Positions 1-13,094 of a stretch of DNA of 64,000 bases are shown here, piece by piece (within the stretch, counting starts at the first letter, position 1; each line of letters opens with the position of its first letter). The stretch lies in the NCBI GenBank assembly GCA_013239625.1, contig MU054323.1:10943186-11007185 (forward strand), written 5' to 3'. Source of the DNA: Lama guanicoe. Taxonomy: Eukaryota. The translations under genes were made by a program, and so were the position numbers. The notes beneath the pieces were generated by a model. The model worked only from the letters and a program-made list of their open reading frames with translations, made no database searches and was not told the origin of the DNA.

Positions 1-302
1 GGTATAGCTTTAATAACAAAGCCCCAATTGCCATTTCAGTAATGATGCTCCACCATTAGTGTAATTATGGTGAAGAAACTCTTCACTAAGAGTTCTTATT
101 CCTGTACTTCCTGAAGTAAATTTGAAGGCCCAAAGTAAAGGCCTAAAGTAAAAGGCCCTCCAGCTACCTGTAATCTGAAACATCACACCTTCCTCTGACC
201 ATCAGCATGTTGTCTTCAGTTTACCTTTGATGAGAAGTGATTTGGCTGGAACTCTCTCTCCTACTAGACTGTGTGTTTCTTAAGGACAAGGCCTGAGTTT
301 TT

Positions 303-690
303 GTAACAGATCCCAACAGGAAACGGATAGCATGTTGAAATTAGATAATGCAAAGAGGGCTTATTTACCAAGGGACTAATTTACAAAGGTATGGGAAAGA
401 TATAGAGAACCTCAAAGGACAGTGTGGGAATCCAGAGCTAGCAGAAACCCACAGGTATGAGAGAGGGTCAGATAAACAGATTCCAGGAGGAAAGAGTGGG
501 GTCAAGTTGCTAACTAGGCCAGGGTAACCACAGGAAAGGAGTCATGGAATGCCAATACCCTGGCTTCACTCTCTTTCACTAACTGGGTTCTCTGTTGGCT
601 AAAACCAATCAGAAACCAGAGAGAATGTATACCGTTAATGCAATCTATACATTACATATACATCTAATCTATACATCTTGGAGCAAAGAA
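303..690 (-). mobile_element. LTR33-like ERVL solo LTR fragment
   Basis: Motifs CCCAACAGGAAAC.GATAGCA...AAGGGACTA.TTTACAAAGGT resemble those at 19400-19955 and 38830-39240; family assigned from memory of the LTR33 consensus. Confidence 0.5.
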
Positions 691-1320
691 TGAGATGGCT
701 TCTTTGGGCTCTGTATATTGTGAGTAGTTTTTCTCTCAGTTAGGATCAACTCTAGTCTGTGCCCTCAAAGAGTCTTAGAGTGTAGTAATAGAGAAGAAAC
801 CCAAACCCAGGTGTCTTCACCACAAGCCCACAGTTTGCTCCATTCCCCTTTGCTGTACTGAATCCCCCTGGTGATTCTGAATCCTACAGATATTTAATAT
901 TTAGTCTGAGATGTGTAATCCATCTCTTGATTATAAGGTGTTTTGCAATTCACATAAGCTATGTTATTATCCCTAACTCAACTGTAAGCTCTGTGAGGGT
1001 AAGACGTGCTTCTTGTACCTTCCTTGTATTTCTTACAGCTCTGAAAATAACACACTGCCCATAGTGGGTACTTGATACTTGTCAAATGAGTTAGCCATTG
1101 GAGGGATCTTGGGATCTTCAAACAGATTTAAGCTCCAGGAGTAGGGAAGGCACATTTTTTAAATGACAGCCACACCCTGTTCCTATAGGGATTCTCAGGA
1201 AAAGAACTACCTAGATTCAAGTGTAACTTCCAACCTCCCTTCTTCCTTACCCCCAGTGATTAAAGTCCCAGAGGCAGTCCCAGACATGCCCCAAGGACCG
1301 AAAGCTGATGCAGGGGCATG

Positions 1321-1500
1321 GAGTCATTTATTCATTTAATCATTCAATTAACAAATAATTATTGAGGATCTCCTAGGTTCCAGGCACTGAACTAAGTATT
1401 GGACATACAGTAGCATATAAGATAGGTATTAGACATATGAACTTGCAAATTAATGTAAAACTTAAAAGTGTGTTAAGTGCAGTAAATATTTTTAAACAAA
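1321..1500 (-). mobile_element. L2 3' end fragment
   Basis: TTCATTCAATTAACAAATAATTATTGAG...CCAGGCACTG is the reverse complement of the L2 3' terminus. Confidence 0.65.
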
Positions 1501-1542
1501 AGAAAGAAAGAATGGCTTAAGAGACTAGCAGAGACATGGCTA

Positions 1543-1972
1543 ATGGTGGTCAGTGCCTTGCCCACACCCTTAGCTTACCCTAGAGGTCACTACACACGGT
1601 TTTTTCTCTTGTGGATGGCTTTCTGCATTGTCTCTCCGCTTCAGAGCATTTTCTGGCCTCCAGTCTGCTCTGGGAGTTAGTGCCCCAGAAGCATCCCTTA
1701 CCTAGGGAAAGCTGGATAAATATGCTGACTTCTTCACCCTTTCGGGACAATTCTGAGGCAGGTTGCACACAGGCTCTCTCAGGCCTGGGAACAGAACCCC
1801 AGGTTCCACAGTAGTGACTTCCTCATTACCCTACACTTGATTGACTTTGTTCCCTTCCCTCTATCACTTTCTCAATCCCCTACTGGTCCTTCCTGAAGCT
1901 GCCACCCAAATAAATAACTTGCATCCATATTTTTCTCTCAGGGTTTCCTACTAGGGGACCCAAAAATAAGCC
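1543..1972 (+). mobile_element. LTR16-like ERVL solo LTR
   Basis: GGGACAATTCTGAGGCA, CCCAAATAAATAACTTGCA and the terminal TCAGGGTTTCCTACTAGGGGACCCAAAATAAG resemble LTR16-family ends. Confidence 0.55.
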
Positions 1973-4140
1973 TACAGAAAATCCACTTACTGAAACCCCT
2001 CCAAACTGAGGGGACTGTGACATAAGTTAAATGTACTCTGAGAAAGAGACAAGTCATTGAAATTTTGGGAGAGTCAAAGGCTGGTGGTGGTCCTTCTTTA
2101 TCAGGGGAAGGTGGAGAAGAGATTCTTTGTACTGGAAGGGGAGGAGCAGAGGGGAGGGACACAGGGAGTGACAGCATGACAGGGCCAGCTGGCAGCCACA
2201 GGGAAGAGGGAAACAACTGTTTCATTCTCACCACAGAAAGACAGAACTCAGTTCCTTTTCCCCACCTCATGGTGACTGGATTGTGCAAAGCTGAGATGAG
2301 GGTATTATTACAGCAAATGATACCACATGTGGATTTTCTTCAACAATCTTAAAGGACAGAAAAAGGTACTTTGTGGACTACTGATTGAGTTGCTTAGAAT
2401 TTATGTTTAATAACCCCTCCTCACCCAATGTTAAACTTCAGGGAAAATACTATTCATTACTAAGGTCATGACCTCTTTAATAGCCAAGATGACATCATTA
2501 AATCCTTGTCACCTAGCACAAAGAAAAGGTACTCAAAAATATGTTTGAATGAGTACAGAAGGTGAGTTTTGGGAGTGTGTTTCTTCACATCTTCTGGTTT
2601 TCTTTCTACTTCCTATTAACGTAACACTTCTGGCTCCTCCCCTCCTATCTCTCTCTGTGCCTGACAGGTGTTGAGGGGCCCATCCAACTGCTGCACTTGG
2701 AAGACCAATCTCAGGAGGGTAGCCCAGCCCTTTTCTCTCCTCTTTCTCTTCAAAGTGAGCCATCTACAGGTGCATACATCCTCTCAGCTCCAGTACCTCC
2801 AGGACAGGATGGACAGCTCTGCCTAACCCTGGAGTTCAGCTCCACCTAAGGACAGCAATATTCTCCAGTTTGTTATATGATTAACAGTAATACTGTGGTT
2901 CCCATCAACTCTTTCATCTGATGTCTTAAAATTCAACTGGTTCAACACTCAACATTATGGAAAGAGAATTACATGACTTTAAAGGAGCAGAAATAATAGG
3001 GTGAAGGAAAGAGGCCTTAGTTTGGCTAGTTTTCTACTTACCAGCTGCTGTAAACTTGGGGTTTTGCTTCACTTCTCTGGGACTCAATTTCTTCACTGTC
3101 GCAAGTATTTGACAAGATGAATTCTAAAATCCCTTCTATAATTCTAAGAATGTAGGATTCACAGGGTCTCCTGTCTCTGAGAAGGTTTCCCTTTGCTACT
3201 CGCTGTGGGTGAGATGTCCCTCCTCTGTGCAGCCCTGACACTCTGCTCTGTCCTTCATTATAGCACTAACCACACTGCAATTGCCTGTATCCCTGGCTGG
3301 TCAGTGAGCAGCAGGGCAGGCTTCATGCCTGTCTTGTTCCCTGCTGTATCCCCAACATCTGGTACATCTCATGGCAGGTGCTTAATAAATATTCACTGAA
3401 TTCATAAATGTGATATAACCTAAAGGGCAGAGGGCCCCTGTGGCTAGTTAGCCACCCTCTCCTGTGTGATAGAAGAAAACCATCACAATGGTGGATCTAG
3501 CCACATCTCTCACGCTACATAAGCCCAAGGAATCTGGGAAGTAGATCAAATACTGGCGAACAAGCCTGGATTTTGTATCTATTCTGAAAAGAAAAATATC
3601 TTCCTATATTATTTTCTAGATAAATTTCCTAATGCTGGGGAAACAGCAAGCCATCTTTATGGGAGAAGCGACCATCTCTCCCATTGACTCATCCATATTT
3701 ATGGGCATCTGGATTGGGGCTATTGCTGTGTGTGTGCTCAGATTCTCAGTGAGGATTTCAGTCATTTGGAAAGCACAATAAACTCCTCTCTGTTCCCATC
3801 TGCACAAGTCCATGTTGCAATCATTCCCCTCTGCAAGTCCTACCTGCCATCATGAGACTTCTCCCTGGGACTGGAGGAAATGAACAAATCAACCCTGAGC
3901 ATGCTTCATGTGGCTCTGTGACCTTGCATTCCTCCCTGTGGCCTTTTTCATGTTGCTCTTTGCATGGGCAACTTCAGCCATTACATTAGCAACACACAAT
4001 TACATCTTCAAGGTAGATTCAAGTTCAGGCTCTGCCAGGACATAAATACTTTAATGAGGTGACAGCCATGCAAAACTTCTGGTTTAAATCAGGGCCCTGA
4101 TAGGTTACAAAGACATGTTGGCAGGTTCATGCCCCAGTAC

Positions 4141-4248
4141 AAAGAAAGGAAAAAGAGAGAGAGGAAGGAAGGGAGGGAAGAAGGAAGGGAGGGGAGGAAA
4201 CAGGAAAAGAAAGAGGAAGGGAGAGCAAAAAGAAGGAAGGCAGGAAAG
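4141..4248. repeat. Purine-rich low-complexity (GGAA/GA) tract
   Basis: Directly visible; explains the F/L/P/S-rich minus-strand ORFs at 4105-4318. Confidence 0.9.
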
Positions 4249-5273
4249 ACCCTTGTATGATAATGCTGGTGGTAGGATGTAACACAGTGTTTTTAAAAGT
4301 GATTTCAAATGTTTTCATCCAACATGTGCACCCTCATCCCTACTGCTCTGATTCCTCGGCTGGTTAAAATTCCTGCTGGCATACTTAGGGTTCAGCACTC
4401 ATGTTGAGCAAGGACTCTCAGCTGCCAGAACATACTCTGGCTCTAGGCTTTCCTTGCCTCTCTAGGTATCCTCCCAAAGCCCCTTGGCCCATGGGGTGGA
4501 GAGCAGAGTGGAGTCTCTACTGCACATTCTCCTAAGTTCTATAAGGGGTCTAAGGAGATACAGACCTCTCATCCAGAGGCAGAGTGGCAGGGGGCCACTA
4601 TCCAGCCTCCAACACCAGCCAAGAAAGAAGACTCCAGTGCTGGTACTCTGGCTATGAGGTGACTGAAGGACCCTCTCACCCCTGAATCTGCTCATTCACA
4701 CTTAGTGTTTGGCTCAGCTTCATGTTGACTGCAGAAAAGAAGAGCTATTATTCAAAATGGCCATGGTGATTGCCTGAAGTCCAAATATGTGCCATATCCC
4801 AAGAGAGTAGTGAGAAGTAGAATCCAGGGTCAGAGGTCAAAATAAAAGAAAATAACAATGGATCTGTGGAGGTGCAGTTGGAGTGCAATAGTTCCCTCAG
4901 ACGCATTTTCTTTATGGATTCAGTGGCCTACCTTAAAGGCATAATTGTCAAAAGTGATGCTGACATTGCTAGTCCTGGTTATTCCCGTCAATAATCACTC
5001 GACCCCTCTGGCATCCTATTTACCTAATAAAACTCAGATCCAATCGACAGCACCACCTAAGAGCAAATTCCCCCTCTTCATAGTCTATACCCCTCACCCT
5101 CACTTCTGCATCCCAACTGTCCCAGTAGTGGCATCTAGGTCTGCACCTGTACTGCTCTGTCTCATTCACTTGTACATCTCTTTTCTCAACTAATGTGTTA
5201 GCTCCTTGAGACCAGGGTCCAGAGTTTATTTATCTTTGCATCATACCTGACATAGAGTCGCTCTTTGAAGACA

Positions 5274-5415
5274 GAGAGAAAAGAAAAGAAAAGAAAAGAA
5301 AAGAGAAGAGAAGAGAAGAGAAGAGAAGAGAAGAGAAGAGAAGAGAAGAGAAGAGAAAAGAAAAAGAGAAAGAGAAAGAGAAAGAAAGGAAGGAAGGAAG
5401 GAAGGAAGGAAAGGG
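5274..5415. repeat. Compound microsatellite (GAAAA)n(GAAGA)n(GGAA)n
   Basis: About 140 nt of pure A/G tandem units; explains the spurious FSSLL ORFs. Confidence 0.95.
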
Positions 5416-6115
5416 AACAAGTAAACAAACTTTGAGTCATTCAGTCCTAGAATTCCAACCTTGCTATATAGTTTATTATTATCTGCATGACCTTGAGCAA
5501 ATAAGATCTTTCTAAGCCTCTGTTTCTCTTTCCCTGAGGAAGCCCAGACATTGTGTTTACTAGACAAAAGCTTTAAATATGAAATTTATAGCTTTAAAAT
5601 CTTTATTAAAAAAGAAGAAAGATCTCAAGTCAGTAACCTAATTTCCACCTCTGTTCATGGATTGGAAGACATTATTATTAAGATGGCAATACTTCCCAAA
5701 TTGATCTACAAATTTAACACAATCCCTATCAAAATCCTAGCTGGCTTTTTTTGCAGAAATTGAAAATCTGATCCTAAAATAATATAGATATGTGGGGAAT
5801 CCAAAACAGCCAAAACAATCTTGATAAAGAACAAAGATTCATTTCTCAATTTCAAAACTTAATACAAAGCTACAGCAATCGAGATATCACAATACTCGCA
5901 TAAGAATAAATATATAGACTAATGGAATAGAACTGAGAATCCAGAAATAAACCATTTATGATTAATTCATTTTTGACAAGGGGGCCAAGACAATTCAATG
6001 CGGAAAAGAATACAGATTGTACTGGGACAACTGGATATCAACATACAAACGAGTGAAGATGTACCTCTATCCCATACCATATACAAAAATTAACTTAAAA
6101 TGAATTAAAAATCTA

Positions 6116-6170
6116 CACTGGAATCTGACACAACATTGTAAAATGATTATAAATCAATAAAAAATGTTTA
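6116..6170 (+). mobile_element. Extremely 5'-truncated young camelid-type L1 tail (~55 bp)
   Basis: CACTGGAATCTGACACAACATTGTAAAATGATTATAAATCAATAAAAAATGTTT is nearly identical to the tail at 33439-33491; TSD AAAAATCTA at 6107-6115 and 6171-6179. Confidence 0.85.
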
Positions 6171-7217
6171 AAAAATCTAAATGTAATAGTCAAAACTATA
6201 AAACTCAGGAGAAAACATAGGTGCAAATCTTCATGATCTTGAATTAGGCAATGGTTTCTTAGATATGACACCAAAAGCACAAGCAATAAAATAAAAAATA
6301 AAGAAACTGGACTACATCAAAATTAAAAACTTTTGTGCTTCTGGTGATACTACCAAAGTGAAAAGAAAACAATTCACAGAATTATAGAAAATATTTGCAG
6401 ATCATATTGATAAGGTTCTAGTATTCAGAATAAAGAACTCTTACAGTTCAACATTATAAAGACAAATGATCTAATTTTAAAAAGGGGAAAAGAATCTGCA
6501 TATATTTCTACAAAGAAGATATATAAATGCCAATAAGCATATGAAAAGATTCTCAGCATCATCAGTCATCAGAGAAATGCAAATAAAAACCACAATGAGA
6601 TACCACTTCATACCCAGTAAGATAATTATTTGAAAAAGTAATAATAGCAAGTGTTAAGTGAATATATGGATAAATTGGAACCTTATACTGTTGGTGGGAA
6701 AAATAAAATGGTACAGCTACTTTGGAAAACAGTTTGGCAGATCCTCAAAAAGTTAATCATAAACATCATGTGACAAAGTGATTCCACTCCTTGATATACA
6801 CCCAACAGAACTGAAAACATGTCCACACAAAACCTTGTACGTCAATGTTCATAAGACCATTATTCATAGCACCCCAAAAGTGAAACAAATCAGATATCCA
6901 CCACTAATGAATGGATAAACAAAATGTGGAGTACCCATTCAATGGATTATTCTTCAGCAATAAAAATAATAAAGTACTGTTGTAAAGTACTACAACATGG
7001 ATGAGCCTTAAAAACATTATGCTAAGTCAAAGAAGTCAGTAACAAAGAGGACCATATATTATATGATTCCATTTATATGAAATGTCCAGAATAGGAAAAC
7101 CTATAGAAATAGAAAATGGATTAGTAGTTTCCAGGGGCTGGGAGGATGGGGAAAATAGGTAGTGACTGCTAATTGGTAGGGGGTTATTTGGAGGGTCATT
7201 AAAATGTCCTGGAATTA

Positions 7218-7317
7218 CAAAAAGACAAGTGTACCCCAGTGTTCACAGCAGCACCGTTTACAATAGCCAAGACATGGAAGCAACCCAAATGTCCATTTAC
7301 AGATGACTGGACGAAGA

Positions 7318-7348
<31 letters not shown>

Positions 7349-7805
7349 TGTATGTATGTGTGTGGGGTGTGTGTGTGCGTGTGCATGTGTAATGGAATAC
7401 TACTCATCCATAAAAAAGAATAAAATAATGCCATTTGCAGCAACATGGATAGACCTGGAAATTGTCTTTCCAAGTGCAGTAAATCAGAAAGATAAAGAAA
7501 AATACCATATGATATTATTTAAATGTGTAACCTCAAAAAAAAAGGACACAAATGGACTTCTCTACAAAACAGAAACAGACTCACAGACATACAGAACAAA
7601 TTTATGGTTACTGGGCATAAAGGAAGTGAGAAGGAATAAATTGGGAGCTCAAGATTTGCACCTCTTGGGGAGTGATAGAAATGTTAACTATCTTGATTGT
7701 GGTTTCATTGGTGTATACACCTATCAAAACTCATCAAATTGTACATCTGAAAAATGTGTAGTTTACTATACAGGAATCATACCATAAAAAAGGTGTTTTA
7801 AAAAT
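7218..7805 (+). mobile_element. 5'-truncated L1 (ORF2 end plus composite 3' UTR) with internal (GT)n
   Basis: Translates to [18 protein letters not shown]...MPFAATW; perfect 15-bp TSD AATGTCCTGGAATTA at 7203-7217 and 7806-7820; (GT)n at 7318-7390. Confidence 0.9.
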
Positions 7806-7979
7806 AATGTCCTGGAATTAGATAGCGGTGATAGACGTACCACCCTTAAAAGGTAAATTTTATGGCAGGTAAATTATATCAAAGAAAAGAACAGAAAAAA
7901 GAAAAGAAGAAGGGACGGGAAGGGAAGGGAAAAAGGAAAAGGACTCTGGAAAATGTTCCAGACAGCTACTTATCCTTTT

Positions 7980-9672
7980 TGTCATTGTCTACTCCTGGCT
8001 AACTAGACACAACTGGCCACATGAAAAACAGTTATCTAGTATTACTTCTTCAACTTTCCAACCCAGCCCCCTTCTCCCTATTTTCTACTTCTGTGAAACT
8101 GAGCCAGAATGTGTATTCTTCCTGAAGACTGCCCCAATCCCACTATTAAAACCCATACTCATCCTAAAAACCTTCCTCCCATTATTACAACATGAGATGT
8201 CCTCCTCCTTTCCAAGGCCAATCTATCCATGGTGCCCTTGACCACACACCACCCAGGACCTAAAGTCTTGCTACATCCCCAAACCTTCTCATTTTCTATC
8301 TTCAACTTTCTCCTTTCTGGCGTATCTCTCTTTTCTGTTATCCTGGAAATATGTTCAAATGGCTCCAGTCCTTAAGAGGAAAACTGCCCTGACACTGGGT
8401 CCATTTCCATTTACTATTCCATCTTTTCCTTCTCTTTTTAGGCAAACTTCTCAAAGAGTGGTCACAATTATTCTGCCAACTTCAACTTACCTACCCTGGC
8501 TCCCACTCCCAACCTTCCTCTACTGAACAAACTCTATGATCACTAGATGACTTCCTGACTCTAATACATAAGTAGTTTGAAACATCATTTTTTTTTCCTA
8601 CACTGCATGTGGTACTGATGATCACTCCCTTCACCTTGAAGCTCTGTTCCTCAACTTCCAGAAGACCACATACCCCTGGTTCTTCTCCTGCCTTTCTAAC
8701 CACTGTTTCAGGGCCTCCTTTGAGGGCTCTTTTTACTCCAGCATAATGCGTCAGTATTGGTGTACCCAAGGTTCTTCCCTACTCTTTATATCCCACTTTT
8801 CTCCTTAGATAATACAATTTTAACTTTATAGTCATGATTCCTAAATGTCTCTTTCCAACCCAGACCTCTCTACTAAGTCATAGATTAATGTATCCAACTG
8901 CCTGTTGGGTGTATCAGACCAGTCATCCTTCGTGTACCTCAAATTTACCATGTCCGAAACAAAACTCATCACTTTAGTTGGTCATCTACCTTCACTAGTC
9001 ACACAAGTCAAAAAAATTAGACTCTTTCTCTTTCTCGCCCCCACATCCAGGCACCAATACTACAAATTTTACCTACAAAAATATTTCTTTAATCTATATT
9101 TGTCTCTATAAACATAGGCTTCTCATCAAGGTTATGGCTTCCTTCCTTCCAAGCACGTCTTTCAAACCCATTCTCCATACAGCTGCTAGTATGATCTTTC
9201 AAAACATTCTCCTGCTTTATGAATTTCAAGGCTGACCTACAGGATTAAGTCAAAACCCAAGAGAAGTCCATGGCTAAAAGGACTCCTTCCACCATCTTAA
9301 TTCTTTCCATTATCCTATCATCTTCACTATTTTGTCAATGAGATTTTTCATTTTCATGAAATGAAAAATGGGCCTGCTGCTAATTCACTTCTAGCCTTCA
9401 ACCTTTAATACACACATACACAGACACATGCATACACCCCCCACACCATTCTCTATGTCTCAGAGGTATGAACAAGCATATATTTCCTTGCCTCTCCATC
9501 ACTTCCTAGATAATTCCTACTCAGTCATTAAGTAGCCTCTTATAGTTTATTTCCTCAAGGTAGAAGACCTTCCATGATCCTCCACACTTGACATACTCTT
9601 AGAGATGAGTTAAAGGACTTCCACTTTACACTCTTTAATGCCTCATATATATCTCACTCATTATATTTACTT
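7980..9672 (+). mobile_element. Long L2 LINE remnant including RT region; continues at 10712-10825
   Basis: Degenerate RT motifs (near 8600 D-H-L, near 8760 GTACCCAAGGTTCT = VPQGS); L2 3' end CCTGACACAAGGAAGTACCCAATAAAT near 10800. Confidence 0.7.
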
Positions 9673-9683
9673 TACTATATTTT

Positions 9684-10700
9684 TTAATTTTTAATTGAAG
9701 TATAGTTGATTCACAATACTGTTAGTTTCAAATGTACAGTAAATTTATACACACACACACACACACACATATATATGAATCTTTTTTTGATTCTTTTCCA
9801 TTATAGGTTACTATAAGATATGAAATATAGTTCCCTGTACTATACAGTAAATCCTTGTTGTTTATCTGTTTTATATATGGTAGTGTGTATCTGATAACCC
9901 CATACTCCTAATTTATCTCTCCTTCTCCTTCCTTTTCAGTAACCATAAGTTTGTTTTCTATGTCTGTGAATGTTTTGTAAGTAAGTTCATTTGCACTATT
10001 TTTTAGATTCCACATATAAGCGGTATCATATAATATTTGTCTTTCTCTGTCTGACTTACTTCACTTAGTATGAGAATCTCTAGGTCCATCACAGAACTAG
10101 AACAAATAATCCTAAAATTTATATGGAATCACAAAAGACCCAGAAATTCCAAAGCAATCTTGAGGGGAAAAAAAGCTGGAAGCATAACCCTCCCAGGCTT
10201 CAGACAATACTGCAAACCTATAGTAATCAAAACAGCACGGTATTAAAAAAAAAACAGCAAGGTATTGGCACAAAAACAGACACATGGATCAATGGAACAG
10301 AACAGGGAGCCCAGAAATAAACCCACACACCTACAGTCAATTAATCTTCCACAAAGGAGGCAAGAATATGCAATGGAGAAAAGACAGTATCTTTGGCAAG
10401 TGGTGCTGGGAAAGCTGCACAGCCACATGTAAAACAATGAAGTTATAACACCCCCTCATACCATATATGAAAATAAACTGAAAATGGCTTAAAGACTTAA
10501 ACATAAGACATGACACCATAAAACTCCTAGAAGAAATATGACAATGTGTGTGTATATGTCCATGAATGACTGAAAAATTGTGCTGAACACTGGAATTTGA
10601 CACAACATTGTAAAATGATTATAAATCAATAAAAAATGTTAAAAAAAAAACTCCTAGAAGATAACACAGTCAAAACATTCTCTGACACAAATCATAGCAA
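9684..10700 (-). mobile_element. 5'-inverted (twin-primed) L1
   Basis: Minus-strand 3' UTR/polyA at 9684-10090 is joined head-to-head to a plus-strand ORF2 segment at 10091-10700; degenerate TSD TACTATATTTT (9673) / TACTGTATTTT (10701). Confidence 0.8.
10535..10646 (+). mobile_element. Short young camelid-type L1 3' tail
   Basis: Same tail as 33389-33499; TSD AAAACTCCTAGAAGA at 10520-10534 and 10647-10661. Confidence 0.9.
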
Positions 10701-10849
10701 TACTGTATTTTAATATTCTTTGTCTCTCCTACTAGTCTACAAACTCCATGAAAGGAGAGCCCATGTCTTTGTAATCAAAACTCCCTGCACAGGGCCTGAC
10801 ACAAGGAAGTACCCAATAAATGGTGTGTAGACTGAAGCAATAAAAACAG

Positions 10850-11320
10850 CCATAACTAATTATACAGCTATGTACAGCCTTGACTAGACCAAACAAATGA
10901 ACGAGCAAACAAAAGGAATTTACTGGTTGAGGTAATAAGCTGCAAGTCCAAGGTAAATTCAAAGTCCAATGTAAGCTTCAAGTCCAGCTAAACCTAGGGC
11001 TCAGAATTATCACCAGAAAGCTGTCTGTGGTTCTCTTGAGACTCAGGAAAGACTTTTTTCTAATATTTGAGCAAGAGCTCTGGACCTGACATTTATGGGC
11101 CAAACTGACTTGCCATTCCTAAATGCAATCATCAACTTTCTCTGGTTTGAAGGCCTGGGTTGTGTGCCCACTTCTAGAGCAGGGGCTAAGGTCAGTCTCT
11201 ACCAAATACAACACTGGCTGGAGTGTGGGAAGGGTGGTTAACAAAAGTACAAGTGATGTTTTCATACCAGAAGAAGGTAAATGAAGGCCAGACAGGCAGA
11301 AACAATAGTCATTCATGACA
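10850..11320. mobile_element. MLT1 (ERVL-MaLR) LTR, degenerate
   Basis: GGCCTGGGTTGTGTGCCCACTTCTAGAGCAGGGG...ACCAGAAGAAGG...GGCAGAAACAA resembles old MLT1J/K-type LTRs. Confidence 0.45.
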
Positions 11321-11734
11321 GGATCTCTTAGCTTGTCAGCTCTTAAGGACAATTGTTCGTCCTTTCTCTGTAGCTGCCTACAGATCCTGCAAGCTGCTGC
11401 ACACACAGTGGCCACCTATGCCAGGCTGTTGACTGACTGAGGGGTGGGTCATCATAGACAGCACCAGCAGTGAATGAGTCTGTTCACACATGTGCAAGGC
11501 AACTATTATGGAGCAGGTGGAGGCTCTGGCTGGGAAACATTTTGCTTTGCAGAGCACTGAGTATTTATTTGGATTAATGGCTTTCAGGGTTGCCAAATTT
11601 CCAATGCAAATCAAATATTTATCGGTGATATACAGCAAGGAGAAAAGGTGTAGTTTGAGGATAATCACTCATGTATTCCCACTCATCAGTCATTGGAGTA
11701 GCTGAGTTTTAATCCCATAAACTGAGGACCCAAG

Positions 11735-11975
11735 TGATAATAATCATATTTATAATTCCTCACACTTACACAGTGCTTTAGCATTTGCAAAAAAGTCTTC
11801 CCATATGTTATTCATTTTGGCTTTAAGTCACACACCTGTGCTTTGTTGTCCCCATTTTACAGATGAACAATATGCAACTCCAGGTGGTACATGATTTATC
11901 CACAGGTGACAGGGTAGGGATTAGAACACATAATGCCTGATACCAAAGCCATAGCTTTTACCAAGACACTACACT
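11735..11975 (-). mobile_element. MIR SINE
   Basis: Core CCCATTTTACAGATGA. Confidence 0.65.
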
Positions 11976-13094
11976 GCATCCTCATCACCTTTGTGAGTCC
12001 CTATAAAACACAGCAATAACATTAGTTGAGGGTTTTTCATGTTGCCATGGCCTTTCATACACATAATTTTATTTTTACAACAATCTGTGAGATAGATATC
12101 CATATTTTTTATGAGAGGTGAGCCAGAGATACAAGGTACTGTTTAACCAGTTACTGTTTTCCTCAGAAATCCTTTACTGTTTCCAGTTTACCTTGAGAGA
12201 TCCAGACAAATGCCAAGTCCCAGCTAATTTCTGATCACTAATCAAATGCACAGCACAATCATCAAGAAACTTTCCTCCTTGAGCATTCTCTCAAAATGAA
12301 TCTGTTCTCTCATCTCAGTTTAAGTCCTTAACCATTATTCTTACAGATAATTGTCTATTTGTACAAACCAAATTTCTGACCTTTTAAAATTTTCATCAGT
12401 CTTGCAGATGAAGGGCCCCCACTTCACACATATATTTGACCTTCCCAAATCTTTCAGTGTCAGCCGACAGCTCTTTATCTTGACTCACTTAAGCTTCCTT
12501 TTACATGTCAAGTGTCTCATTCGAAGATTTGTTTAATCTCACAGAGAATTTGATATGAGTTTTTTGCTCCTGATAATGGACAATCATCTTCCACAATCAT
12601 GAAATGAAGCACTTCTCTTCACTATGGCTGCAGAACCAGGCTAACTCAATGACTTTGGATACCATACAGCTGTAAGATCAGCCACATTGCTGTATGACTC
12701 TACCATTGCTGAGTCAACATGTGACAAAGAAGTCATTCTTATTCCTTCATATTACGTGTTAAGTTAGCTTTTTACACTCACAGAATGCTGGGGTTGGAAA
12801 GGCCCAATCATAATCCAACATGTCCTATCTTTAGATGAAGAAACTAAGATCTCCTTCAAGTATCTGATACAAAATTTGGCAAAAGCATAAGAACAAGTCT
12901 TCCCATACCATGCTAATAGACTGGATCCTTCTTCCTTAGGTTCTCTTGGAAAATAAAATTTAATTATATCTTGATCTATTTTGACCTCTAGGTCCCCGTC
13001 TTGTACATTCTCATAATTTGTTCTTTACCAGTGCTGTAATGTGTTTTAACAAGATATATAATCTTAAAATTGTGAGATATAATGTTCTTTTCCA

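Larger units (their letters stand above)
5565..7885 (+). mobile_element. Old L1 (L1MB-like) ORF2 remnant plus 3' UTR, interrupted by two younger insertions
   Basis: Translates to KKEERSQVSNL and KMAILPKLIYKFNTIPIKI; 3' UTR motif ATATGATTCCATTTATATGAAATGTCCAGAATAGG; sequence resumes after 7820. Confidence 0.85.

Noticed and set aside
5198..5567. Hydrophobic FSSLL-repeat ORFs
   Set aside because: Translation of a microsatellite.
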